Assembly: GCA_023399355.1 (NCBI GenBank)
Contig: JAEWQC010000006.1
Location: 8,422-72,421 of the forward strand
Direction of reading: 5' to 3'
Length of the DNA stretch: 64,000 nucleotides
Origin: Bacillota bacterium
Lineage (GTDB): Bacteria > Bacillota > Clostridia > Acetivibrionales > DTU013
This document shows positions 1 through 9,386 of the stretch, piece by piece. The notes beneath the pieces were generated by a model. The model was not told the origin of the DNA. It did no database searches and saw nothing but the letters and a program-made list of their open reading frames with translations. How positions within the stretch are numbered: position 1 is the stretch's first letter; each line of letters opens with the position of its first letter. The translations under genes and the position numbers were made by a program.

Positions 1-208
1 CTTCTTCCAATTCGTTTTCTATGCTCTCAAGCAAATCGTAGATACTTTGAAAATAAAAATAAAAGGTACTCCGGGTTACACCGGCATTCTCACAAACTTT
101 CCTGACCGTAATATTGGAGAGATTAGATTTTTTATATAACGTAATAAAGGCATCTTTAATCGCCGTACGGGTCTTGTCGGCTTTGCCGGTGATGATTTTA
201 TCTGCCAA
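1..208 (-). CDS. TetR/AcrR-family transcriptional regulator, N-terminal part (gene continues past the left edge)
   Basis: Not in the ORF track because it is open at the window edge. Reverse-strand translation from TTG (complement of 206-208) gives LADKIITGKADKTRTAIKDAFITLYKKSNLSNITVRKVCENAGVTRSTFYFYFQSIYDLLESIENELEE, a typical TetR N-terminal HTH. A GGAGG Shine-Dalgarno (complement of 217-221) lies 8 nt upstream. Confidence 0.7.
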   Translation of the reverse strand, partial: MADKIITGKADKTRTAIKDAFITLYKKSNLSNITVRKVCENAGVTRSTFYFYFQSIYDLLESIENELEE

Positions 209-411
209 GGCGTAAACCTCCGTTTGCAGTGCTGATATTTATTTTACACAATTCAATCCATAAATTTTCGTACAAAATGCAATGAATTGTTCTGTAAATT
301 CATCATTTACTTCAATATTATTATAATTGATAAAACAATATTTTTCACTTGTTTCAGTAATTATATTTAAATATGCAGGGATATCAAGAAAATCTGAAAG
401 GTGTGTCGTAC

Positions 412-660
412 ATGGAACTGAGAGAGAAAATCGTCGAAATGATAATAGGAAAGGCAGCGGCATTGCAGAAAGTGGATCCATCTACCTTGAATGAACAAAC
501 TGATTTAGCCAGGGATTTAAGTATGAAATCGGGAAATCTTGTTTTAATCATTGGTGCTATTGAAGATGAATATGACTGTAACATCGATTTTATGGCTTTC
601 CGAAAGAAAGCTACCATAGGTGCGGCTGCAGAATATGTCGCGGAACTGATTGAAGGTTGA
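412..660 (+). CDS. small acyl-carrier-protein-like protein
   Basis: ORF 373-660; the likely start is ATG 412 (MELREKIVEMI...). TDLARDLSMKSGNLVLIIGAIEDEYD aligns with the ACP DLGxDSLxxVELVxxLEEEF region. The Ser is kept, but the Asp before it is Lys. Confidence 0.5.
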   Translation: MELREKIVEMIIGKAAALQKVDPSTLNEQTDLARDLSMKSGNLVLIIGAIEDEYDCNIDFMAFRKKATIGAAAEYVAELIEG

Positions 661-694
661 TTGTTTTTTTACTAATGGGGATTGGAGAGAGGTT

Positions 695-2437
695 ATGTCT
701 AACTTAAAGAAAAAAATAAAAAAAGTAAAATATGGAGAGCAGGAACTGGAGGTAATCTATACCGAAATGATCCATCCTGCTACCGAGGATGAGCTGGCAG
801 AAATGGATCCGGATACACGTATGGATTACAAATTTCTTTCACCGTTCAATCAGCGGACTTATATTCCGGAGGAAGGCATTATCTGTGATCAGGATGTGGC
901 TGTTAAAATGCGCGACGGTATTACTATTTATGCGGACATTTACCGCCCGACAGGGGTAACGAATCTTCCGGTCATCATATCATGGAGTTTTTACGGAAAA
1001 CGCCCCTTTGACAGCCAGGACGACTGGAAGATCATGGGCGTTCCTCCACAAACGGTTTCCAACATGGCAAAATTTGAATCCGCCGATCCGGGCTATTGGT
1101 GCAGGCATGGATATGCGGTGGCCAACGTGGACCCGCGCGGTATCGGACATTCCGAAGGGGATTTTGCCCAGTTTGGTACTCAGGACGGAAAAGACGGATA
1201 TGATTTTATTGAATGGATTGCGGCTCAGCATTGGTGCAATGGCAGGGTGGGACTTTCGGGTAACAGCTGTGTTGCTATGACTCAATGGCGCATTGCCGCT
1301 CAAAAACCGCCGCACCTAAGCTGTATAGCGCCTTGGGAGGGAACAAGCGATCTATACCGTGAAAGCCTGTATGAAGGAGGGATCCCCGCAAAGGAATTCG
1401 TCCGTCTGGTTTTACGTGATGCCATAGGCACGAATTACATAGATAATACTGCTTTTAATGCGGATAAATACCCATACCTTGACAGCCCTTACTGGCAGGA
1501 TAAAATACCGGAGTTCAGTGAAATCCGCATTCCGGTTTATGCAACCGCCTGTTGGAATCATTTTCATCTGCGCGGTTCCATAAACGCCTTCAGGAAGATC
1601 CGTTCCTCAAAGAAGTGGCTCCGTTGCCACAGGGAATTTGAATGGCCCGATGCATACTGCAACAAGTATTTGACCGACCTGAACAAATTCTTTGACCGCT
1701 ATCTGAAACTTGAACGCAACGGCTGGGAACTGACGCCGAAGATCCGTATCGAGGTACAGGATGCCTTTGATTGCGATTATCAGACAGACCGACAGGAGAA
1801 TGAATTCCCCCTGAAGCGCACCCAATACCGGAAATTGTACCTGGATGCCGCAAATGGCGCCATGCATGCCAAACCGGTTGAAACAGAAAGCAAAATCAGC
1901 TATGACAGCGAAAAGGAAGAAGTTACCTTTGATTACCGGTTTGAGGAAGAAACCGAGATAACAGGATTTCTAAAACTGCGCATGTGGGTGGAAGCCGACG
2001 GATACGACGATATGGATCTTTTTATTAATGTACAAAAATTAAGCACCAAAGGGGACTGGCTGCCTGTGAACGTTCTGGGCGAACCGCATCCGGGCGCATG
2101 GGGTAAAATGCGTGTTTCCCGGCGAAAGCTGGATGAAAAGCTGTCAACGGACTACCAGCCGGTTCAGGCACATACCTGTGATGAAAAGCTGAAAAAAGGC
2201 GAGATCGTACCGGTGGATATAGAAATATGGCCGACCAGCCGTATCTGGCACAAAGGACAGCAGATTCGTGTACAGGTTGCAGGCCGTTATATCCGCGAAG
2301 ATTGGTTTGAGCCGCTTGTTTGGGATACTGACAATCATGGCAGGCATATTATCCATGCCGGCGGTAAATACGATTCCTTCCTGCAGATCCCGTTAATCGC
2401 GCCGAAATATGCAGACGGGGACTATATTTACCGGTAA
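695..2437 (+). CDS. CocE/NonD-family (S15 X-Pro dipeptidyl-peptidase-like) alpha/beta hydrolase
   Basis: ORF 650-2437; ATG 695 follows GGAGAGAGG. Motifs: PVIISWSFYGK, GYAVANVDPRGIGHSEGDF, nucleophile elbow GLSGNSCVAMTQW. The long C-terminal beta-sandwich half is typical of the family. Confidence 0.8.
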   Translation: MSNLKKKIKKVKYGEQELEVIYTEMIHPATEDELAEMDPDTRMDYKFLSPFNQRTYIPEEGIICDQDVAVKMRDGITIYADIYRPTGVTNLPVIISWSFYGKRPFDSQDDWKIMGVPPQTVSNMAKFESADPGYWCRHGYAVANVDPRGIGHSEGDFAQFGTQDGKDGYDFIEWIAAQHWCNGRVGLSGNSCVAMTQWRIAAQKPPHLSCIAPWEGTSDLYRESLYEGGIPAKEFVRLVLRDAIGTNYIDNTAFNADKYPYLDSPYWQDKIPEFSEIRIPVYATACWNHFHLRGSINAFRKIRSSKKWLRCHREFEWPDAYCNKYLTDLNKFFDRYLKLERNGWELTPKIRIEVQDAFDCDYQTDRQENEFPLKRTQYRKLYLDAANGAMHAKPVETESKISYDSEKEEVTFDYRFEEETEITGFLKLRMWVEADGYDDMDLFINVQKLSTKGDWLPVNVLGEPHPGAWGKMRVSRRKLDEKLSTDYQPVQAHTCDEKLKKGEIVPVDIEIWPTSRIWHKGQQIRVQVAGRYIREDWFEPLVWDTDNHGRHIIHAGGKYDSFLQIPLIAPKYADGDYIYR

Positions 2438-2476
2438 CCGGATCTGTAAAGCTTTTTATTGTGAGGAGCTAATACT

Positions 2477-3481
2477 ATGGAATATAACTTTATTGAAGAG
2501 CTGCAAAAAAAAGTACAGGCAAATCCCCCCAGTATCGTTTTTCCTGAATCTGAGGAAGAAAAGATCCTTCAGGTGGTTCGGATGGTAAAGGACCGTAATA
2601 TTGCGATTCCTGTCCTTCTGGGAAACAAAGAAGAAATATGCGCCCATGCTGCGCAGATGGGTATAAGCCTTGAGGGGATCGAATTTGTGAATCCTGCGGA
2701 CCCCGGAAGATTGGAACGCTATGCAAGGCTTTTCAGGGAGATGAATCCCGAATTCAGTGAAAAAATGATTGGACGCATGCTGCGAAGTCCTTTGAATTTT
2801 GCCGCCATGATGGTCAAATTTGACGATGCCGACACATTTATTGCCGGTCTCGCACATACTACGGGAGATGTTGTCCTGGCAAGCCAGACGATCATCGGGA
2901 TGATGGAAGGCATTAAAACCGTATCCAGCATAGGTATTCTTTCAGTGCCGGGATTTAAGGGCCCGCAGGGAAACCTGATGGTCATCGGCGATTGTGCCGT
3001 ATGCCCGAATCCTGATGCAAACGAGCTGGCGGATATTGCGATTGCTTCTGCGGACACTGTAAAGAACCTGCTGGAATGGGAGCCCCGTGTAGCGATGCTT
3101 TCTTTTTCAACAAAAGGCAGCGGTGAGCATGAGATCGTGCAGAAAGTGATCGATTCAGTGGGTATTGCAAGGCAGCGCTGCCCCGTTTTGAAAATCGACG
3201 GCGAATTCCAGCTGGATTCCGCCATTGTCCCTGAAGTGGCCGACAGGAAGGTAAAAATGGAAAGCGAGGTTGCAGGCAAGGCGAACATTCTGATATTCCC
3301 GGACCTGAATGCCGGGAATATCGGCGTCAAGCTGGTACAGAGATTCGCAGGCTGTTCTGCCTACGGTCCTCTGCTTCAGGGCTTCGCGAAGCCTGTAAGC
3401 GACATGTCCAGGGGGGCCCCGCTGGATGAAATGCTGGGCGGAATCACAATGCTGGCTGTCCGCGCAATGAAAAATAAATAG
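2477..3481 (+). CDS. phosphate acetyl/butyryl-transferase (Pta/Ptb family)
   Basis: 334 aa. Blocks IVFPESEEEKILQ, GDCAVCPNPDANELADIA, DGEFQLDSAIVPEVA and ILIFPDLNAGNIGVKLVQR match the PTA_PTB pattern. It sits directly upstream of a butyrate kinase. Confidence 0.85.
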   Translation: MEYNFIEELQKKVQANPPSIVFPESEEEKILQVVRMVKDRNIAIPVLLGNKEEICAHAAQMGISLEGIEFVNPADPGRLERYARLFREMNPEFSEKMIGRMLRSPLNFAAMMVKFDDADTFIAGLAHTTGDVVLASQTIIGMMEGIKTVSSIGILSVPGFKGPQGNLMVIGDCAVCPNPDANELADIAIASADTVKNLLEWEPRVAMLSFSTKGSGEHEIVQKVIDSVGIARQRCPVLKIDGEFQLDSAIVPEVADRKVKMESEVAGKANILIFPDLNAGNIGVKLVQRFAGCSAYGPLLQGFAKPVSDMSRGAPLDEMLGGITMLAVRAMKNK

Positions 3482-3496
3482 GGGGATGCTGGTACT

Positions 3497-4603
3497 ATGG
3501 AAAAGGTATATAAAATATTTGCAATAAACCCTGGCTCTACCTCCACTAAAATTGCCATGTTCGAAAATGACAGGGTTACGTTTTCCCAAAATGTTTCACA
3601 TGATGCGGAAAAGTTGAAGGAATTTGCAGATGTCAGCGACCAGCTGCCATACCGTAGGGAAACCATTCTGAAAATTCTGGGTGAAAACGGGATTTCACTG
3701 GAGGGCACCGATGCTTTTGCAGGACGAGGAGGAGGGCTGGTGGCGCTTACCGGCGGTACCTATCCGGTCAATGATATCCTGCTGCATCATGCCAAAGCAG
3801 GTTTTACCGTCAGGCACCCGGCAATGCTTGGCGCACAGCTGGCACATGATTTTGCCGCAGCATACGGAAGCCGGGCTTTTGTCGTCAATCCGCCCGACGT
3901 CGATGAATTTATCGATGTCGCCCGCGTCACCGGACTTGCCGGTATCTACAGGGAAAGCCGCATCCATGCGTTGAACCAGAAAGAGGTGGGAATCCGTTAT
4001 GCCGCCTCCATCGGAAAAAAGTACGGAGAAGTCAATCTGATCATCGTCCATATCGGCGGCGGAGTATCTGTTACTGCCCACCGGATGGGTTCTATGATTG
4101 ATTCTAATGATATCGTAAACGGAGATGGGCCGATGGCGCCAACGCGCTGCGGAGCGATGCCGGTGCGCGACATCGTGAAGATGTGCTTCAGCGGTAAATA
4201 TACCGAAAAGGATATGTATGACAAGGTCACCAAAGCGGGGGGGTTCGTAGATCATCTGGGAACTGCCGATTGCAGGGAGATCAATGCCCGCATTGAGGGT
4301 GGAGATAAACATGCCAAACTGGTTTATGATACATTTATCTATCAGATTTGCAAATATATAGGTTCCATGGCAGTCAGCCTTCATGGCCAAGTAAACGCAA
4401 TCATACTCACCGGAGGAATTGCCAGAGATAAATATCTAGTCGACGGAATCAGGGAGGCAGCGTGTTTTATTGCTCCAATCAAGGTAATGGCGGGAGAATT
4501 CGAAATGGAAGCGCTTGCGGCAGGGGCCATGCGGGTAATGAAAGGCGAAGAGGAACCGAAAAACTATACGGGTGAACCTGTATGGAGCGCGTTTGATTTC
4601 TAA
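3497..4603 (+). CDS. buk: butyrate kinase
   Basis: 368 aa. ASKHA-type motifs IFAINPGSTSTKIAMFE, IIVHIGGGVSVTAH and AIILTGGIARDKY. GGGGGAT RBS upstream; classic ptb-buk arrangement. Confidence 0.85.
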   Translation: MEKVYKIFAINPGSTSTKIAMFENDRVTFSQNVSHDAEKLKEFADVSDQLPYRRETILKILGENGISLEGTDAFAGRGGGLVALTGGTYPVNDILLHHAKAGFTVRHPAMLGAQLAHDFAAAYGSRAFVVNPPDVDEFIDVARVTGLAGIYRESRIHALNQKEVGIRYAASIGKKYGEVNLIIVHIGGGVSVTAHRMGSMIDSNDIVNGDGPMAPTRCGAMPVRDIVKMCFSGKYTEKDMYDKVTKAGGFVDHLGTADCREINARIEGGDKHAKLVYDTFIYQICKYIGSMAVSLHGQVNAIILTGGIARDKYLVDGIREAACFIAPIKVMAGEFEMEALAAGAMRVMKGEEEPKNYTGEPVWSAFDF

Positions 4604-4846
4604 ACCGGGAATAACCTTTTGCCGATTCATGAATTGGCTGAAATGGCAGCAGTACCTATTAGAGCTTGATTTCAAAAAGAAATAAGGTAAATTTTTCCGA
4701 GTATCTGATTAACAAAAGGGTGGAAACAACTGCATATGACTGCAATGTAAAACACGCAGAAAAGAATCTGGAGCGAGTGAGGCAAATAGCCAAAACAAAG
4801 AGTTTAATCGGCTAAAGATTAAAAAGTAAGGGGTGCGAAATTTTCT

Positions 4847-6952
4847 TTGAAAAAGATATCACTGACGATTGACAGTAAAATAATAGAAGCAGACGAGGGT
4901 ATGACTATATTGGAGGCTGCGCTTGCCGCTGATATGTATATCCCCCATCTTTGCCACCATCCGGATCTCCGCGATGTCGGCGAATGCAAAATGTGCGTGG
5001 TTGAAATTGAAAAGAAGGATGGCGTATTTACCTCCTGTACGACGCCTGTTGAAGATGGCATGGTAATACAGACCAGGACGAACAGGCTGAAGCAAATAAG
5101 AAACCTTTCGATGGAACTCATTCTTGCATCACATCCCTCGGAATGTACGGAATGTCCGAAATATCTTAAATGCGAGCTTCAGAATCTCATTCAGTACCTT
5201 GGAGTCAGCGACGCCAGATTGAGAAAACTTCAGAAAAACTATAGCATTGTAACGGAGAATCCATTATTCGTAAGGGATATGAAAAGATGCATCCTTTGCG
5301 GAAGATGCGTCAGAGCCTGCCAGGAATTAAGAGGCTGCAACGTGCTGCAATATAAGCGGGATAATGAGAAAACCTATATCGGGAGCGAACACGGCGGCCT
5401 TCTTGCGGATGACAATTGCCGTCTTTGTACAGCCTGTGTTGCCGTTTGCCCGACTGGTGCGCTCATGGATAAGACAGAGGTGCTTTCGAAGTTCCCGATT
5501 TTGGAAGAAAACCTTCTGCCATGTAAGGCCAGTTGCCCTGCCGGAACAGATGTGCCAAAGTATGTGCGCCTTATAAAGGAAGGAAAATACGCCGGGGCTT
5601 TGGCCGTTATCAGGCAGAAAGCCCCGTTCCCACTGACGCTGGGATATGTCTGTACCGCTTTCTGCGAGGGCAATTGCAGGCGTAATTATGTGAATGGTGC
5701 GGTATCGATCAGGGAACTGAAAAAGGTTGCGGCGCTGCATGACAACGGGTTGTGGAAAAAGAATTCAAAGATGGCGCCTTCGACAGGCAAAAGGGTGGCG
5801 GTGATCGGAGCCGGTCCGGCCGGACTGACGGCGGCATATTATCTGGCCAAGCAGGGCCATGAGGTAACCGTATATGAGAAGCTGCCCATTCCCGGGGGAA
5901 TGCTGAGTGTCGGCATACCCGAATACAGGCTTCCGCGCAGTGTTATTGAAGCTGAGATAGAAGAGATTCAAAATGCAGGAGTTAAGATCCTGACAAATAC
6001 AACAGTCGATTCAATAAACACATTGCTTCAGCAGGGGTACTCCGCCGTGCTGGTTGCGATCGGTACGCACAAAGGCGCCAGGCTTCCGATTGAAGGCAAG
6101 GATCTGGACTTTGTCATGGTAAATACGGATTTTCTGAGAGATGTCAGCCAACATAAGAAAGTTGCGGTCGGCGAAAGCGTTCTTGTCCTGGGCGGCGGAA
6201 ATGTTGCATTTGACTGCGCCCGAACGGCAAAGCGCCTTGGGGCGAAAAAGGTTATGCTTGCCTGCCTGGAAGACCGGAATAACATGACTGCGAGCGACGA
6301 TGAAATTGAAGAAGGAATAGAAGAAGAAATAGAAATATACAACTCGAAATCCTTCCTGCGGATTCTTTCCATGAATGGAAAACACGGGGTCGTATGCTCG
6401 GACGTGGAGTCCTTTTCCTTTGACGAAAGCAAAAGGCTGGTGGTTAAAACGGTGCCGGGTTCGGAAAGTACGATTTTTGCCGAAACGGTCATATTTGCCG
6501 CAGGCCAGTCCGTTGATGTTCCGGAAGGGTTCGACCTGCAGACCGGAAGGGGCGGGACATTTGTCGTAAACAGTTATATGACCAGCAAAGAAGGCGTTTT
6601 TGCCGCGGGGGATGATATCACAGGAACAACTTCCGTTGTCCAGGCTATTGCCGGGGGGAGAGGGGCTGCGTCTGCGATGGACAAGTATCTCGGAGGCACG
6701 GGAAATATAGATGAGGTGCTCGTTGATGTGAATGAACCGGATCAGTTTATCGGAGAAGCGGAGAGGTTTGCGTACGACGCAAGGGTAAAAGCCGACTGTA
6801 TTGCGGCAGAACAGAGGATGAAGAGTTTTGATGAATACAGGCTTCCTTTCGACGAATGCAAAGCGCATTGTGAAGCGGAACGCTGTATGCAGTGCGACCT
6901 CAGGCTGGATATGAAGAAGGTAAAATTCTGGGGAGATTACTCTATTAAATAA
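4847..6952 (+). CDS. multidomain Fe-S flavoprotein: 2Fe-2S + 4Fe-4S N-terminus fused to a GltD-like NAD(P)H oxidoreductase
   Basis: TTG start. The N-terminus is a NuoG/HydC-like 2Fe-2S region (LCHHPDL...CKMCVVEI). Cys clusters CPKYLKCE, CILCGRCVRAC and CRLCTACVAVCPTG follow. After those come CPAGTDVPKY and two Rossmann motifs (VAVIGAGPAGLTAAYYLA and VLVLGGGNVAFDCA), as in glutamate synthase small-subunit-like enzymes. Confidence 0.75.
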   Translation: MKKISLTIDSKIIEADEGMTILEAALAADMYIPHLCHHPDLRDVGECKMCVVEIEKKDGVFTSCTTPVEDGMVIQTRTNRLKQIRNLSMELILASHPSECTECPKYLKCELQNLIQYLGVSDARLRKLQKNYSIVTENPLFVRDMKRCILCGRCVRACQELRGCNVLQYKRDNEKTYIGSEHGGLLADDNCRLCTACVAVCPTGALMDKTEVLSKFPILEENLLPCKASCPAGTDVPKYVRLIKEGKYAGALAVIRQKAPFPLTLGYVCTAFCEGNCRRNYVNGAVSIRELKKVAALHDNGLWKKNSKMAPSTGKRVAVIGAGPAGLTAAYYLAKQGHEVTVYEKLPIPGGMLSVGIPEYRLPRSVIEAEIEEIQNAGVKILTNTTVDSINTLLQQGYSAVLVAIGTHKGARLPIEGKDLDFVMVNTDFLRDVSQHKKVAVGESVLVLGGGNVAFDCARTAKRLGAKKVMLACLEDRNNMTASDDEIEEGIEEEIEIYNSKSFLRILSMNGKHGVVCSDVESFSFDESKRLVVKTVPGSESTIFAETVIFAAGQSVDVPEGFDLQTGRGGTFVVNSYMTSKEGVFAAGDDITGTTSVVQAIAGGRGAASAMDKYLGGTGNIDEVLVDVNEPDQFIGEAERFAYDARVKADCIAAEQRMKSFDEYRLPFDECKAHCEAERCMQCDLRLDMKKVKFWGDYSIK

Positions 6953-6968
6953 AGCGGGGTGACTGACT

Positions 6969-7637
6969 ATGCAGTGTGATCGCACAAGCAAGGCGTTGAA
7001 CGATATAGATCTGGTATCTGCCAAAGCGGAAAATTGTTGCGTTGTTGACCGGGCAAGCACGCTGATGGGCCTGGTCAGGAAGGAAATCTGCGGCCATTGC
7101 GTCTATTGCCGAGAAGGGACTGCCCAGCTGCAGGCAATAATACTGGAGATATCAAACGGGAAGGGAAAGCCGGATGATCTTGATTTGATTCTTGAAATAT
7201 GCTCAACAATACGTGATATGGCAGATTGTGAGCTTTCAAAAACCGCCTGTGCGAATCTGGCCGAAGCCGTGGAGAACTTCCGGGATGAATGGGATGCGCA
7301 TATCAGGAGAAAAAAATGCCCGGCTGCCGTATGCAGGAGATTGGTGACCTATCATATATCTGGTGAGAAGTGCAACGGCTGCGGAGAATGCTTCGGCAAA
7401 TGTCCGGAAGGTGCTATAACCGGAGATAAGGATATGATCCATGTCATCAACCAGGATCAGTGCATGAACTGCGGGATCTGTTTCGATATTTGCAGTAAAT
7501 TGCAGAATGCTGTACTGAAAGCAGGTACGGTTAAGCCGCGGACTCCGGAAAAACCGATTCCGGTAGGCACGTGGCAGGACAAACCTGCAGGACTGGGAGG
7601 ACTTAATCGGGGGTTGGGTCTGAAAAAACAGAATTAG
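6969..7637 (+). CDS. NuoF-C-terminal-like 4Fe-4S protein with a 2x[4Fe-4S] ferredoxin domain
   Basis: 222 aa. CGHCVYCREGT resembles the NuoF/HydB N3-cluster motif. CNGCGECFGKCP and CMNCGICFDICS form a dicluster ferredoxin. Confidence 0.6.
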   Translation: MQCDRTSKALNDIDLVSAKAENCCVVDRASTLMGLVRKEICGHCVYCREGTAQLQAIILEISNGKGKPDDLDLILEICSTIRDMADCELSKTACANLAEAVENFRDEWDAHIRRKKCPAAVCRRLVTYHISGEKCNGCGECFGKCPEGAITGDKDMIHVINQDQCMNCGICFDICSKLQNAVLKAGTVKPRTPEKPIPVGTWQDKPAGLGGLNRGLGLKKQN

Positions 7638-7740
7638 GCAAAAATAAATCAAACTATTGTGCCGGAAAACGTCAATCACATTGTACGAGCGACCGGTATG
7701 TCAAATAATACAAAGAAACGAGGGGATAGTTCTGAAGAAC

Positions 7741-9192
7741 ATGGAATGTGATCTGGTTGTAATAGCGGCAGGCCCTGCAGGTCTGGCGGCGGCAGTTGCC
7801 GCGGCACAGAAGGAGGCAAGCGTAATTGTACTCGAAAAGTCCAATACAACCGGCGGAGCGGGAAATATGGGCATGGGCCCTTTCGGGGTCGGGACCAAGT
7901 ACCAGAAGGATCAGCTAATTAAAATTACAAAGGAAGAGGCCTTTGAAAAATTCATGAACTATACTCACTGGAGGTCGGACGGACGCCTGGTCAGAGAATA
8001 CATCTACAAATCCGCTGATACGATCCAATGGTTGGAAGACATGGGCGTGGAATTTGCAGGCGCATACAAGTATTTCCCGGAATCGGAGGCCACCTGGCAT
8101 ATTGTCAAGCCGGAAACGGGATGTTTCGGTCCGCGCGCCGCTTCAAGGATGTACAAGATTATGACGGAGCGGGCGGAAGAGCTTGGAGTGCAGTTCCTGT
8201 ATGAAACGCCGGCTGTAAAGATCCTGAAGGATGAAGGAAAGATAACGGGTGTCGTTGGCAGGGATAAAAACGGTGATGAAGTTCATATTCAATGCAACGC
8301 GGTAGTTGTGGCAACCGGCGGCTTCGGTGACAACCCGGAAATGGTCAAGCAGATGACGGGTTACGATTTGGGTAAGGATATGTTTTCCTTCAGAATTCCC
8401 GGCTTGGTCGGGGATGGAATCAGAATGGCCAGGGAGGTTGGGGCAGGCAAAACGGAAACGAATATCGAAATGGCTTACAGCTGTCCGAGTACAACAGGCT
8501 GTATCACGGTAACGACAGTGCATATGCAGCCGAACCTGCTGGTTAATCTCCAGGGAGAACGCTTTATGAACGAAGAAGTGATGGCAAATTCGACATTTAC
8601 AGCGAATGCGTTGGCCTTGCAGAAGGAGCGTTGCGGTATTTCCATAATTGACGACAGTATTAAAAAATATTATATGAAACATGAAATCGACAATGTCAGC
8701 CTGGTGTTTCAAGTGACCTCAGGAGAGAATTACGATGAAGAAATGGACAATGCGTTAAAGGCCGGAGACCCATATGTATTTGCAGCCGACTCCATTGAAG
8801 AACTGGCGGTGAAAACCGGTGTTGATCCCGAAACCCTTAAAAAGACCGTCGCGGAATATAATGAATACTGTAAGGGAAGAGACGAACTTTTCAATAAGAA
8901 CTACAGATATATGAAACCTCTTGTCGGACCGAGATTTTATGCTGTCAAGTTCTACCCGGGCGGCTATGGCACAGTGGGCGGTATAAAAATTAATTACAAG
9001 ACCGAAGTTGTAACAGATGACTTTGACGTCATACCCGGCCTTTACGCAGCCGGTACGGATGCCTGCACCATATATGGGGATTCCTATGTATTTATACTTC
9101 CCGGAAATACGATGGGCTTTGCAGTCAACAGCGGCAGGATGGCCGGCGAGCACGCCGTCGATTATTTGCTGAAGCTTTATAACGAGGTGTAA
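7741..9192 (+). CDS. FAD-dependent reductase (FAD_binding_2; fumarate reductase / flavocytochrome-c-like flavoprotein)
   Basis: ORF 7657-9192; ATG 7741 follows GAGGGGA. DLVVIAAGPAGLAAAVAAAQ is the dinucleotide fold; VVVATGGFG and GLYAAGTDA blocks follow. Confidence 0.75.
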   Translation: MECDLVVIAAGPAGLAAAVAAAQKEASVIVLEKSNTTGGAGNMGMGPFGVGTKYQKDQLIKITKEEAFEKFMNYTHWRSDGRLVREYIYKSADTIQWLEDMGVEFAGAYKYFPESEATWHIVKPETGCFGPRAASRMYKIMTERAEELGVQFLYETPAVKILKDEGKITGVVGRDKNGDEVHIQCNAVVVATGGFGDNPEMVKQMTGYDLGKDMFSFRIPGLVGDGIRMAREVGAGKTETNIEMAYSCPSTTGCITVTTVHMQPNLLVNLQGERFMNEEVMANSTFTANALALQKERCGISIIDDSIKKYYMKHEIDNVSLVFQVTSGENYDEEMDNALKAGDPYVFAADSIEELAVKTGVDPETLKKTVAEYNEYCKGRDELFNKNYRYMKPLVGPRFYAVKFYPGGYGTVGGIKINYKTEVVTDDFDVIPGLYAAGTDACTIYGDSYVFILPGNTMGFAVNSGRMAGEHAVDYLLKLYNEV

Positions 9193-9386
9193 GATATCCA
9201 CCACTTCTATAGTGGCGGGTACCGATTTAGTTTTCAGGCATTTTCTTTCGAATGATCGAAAGAAAACGGTGCGAATATATCTTCCACCTCGTTGAAACGC
9301 AGCAGCGGTAAGAAAAATTTTCTTTGAATAGATGCGTCATAATTCATGAATTGTTGAACCGAAAAATATTGCAGAGGAGAAAATGT

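Noticed and set aside
6011-7060. A 349-aa - strand ORF spanning the end of the Fe-S flavoprotein gene and the start of the NuoF-like gene.
   Set aside because: It is a shadow ORF opposite two motif-rich + strand genes, and its translation has no recognisable features.
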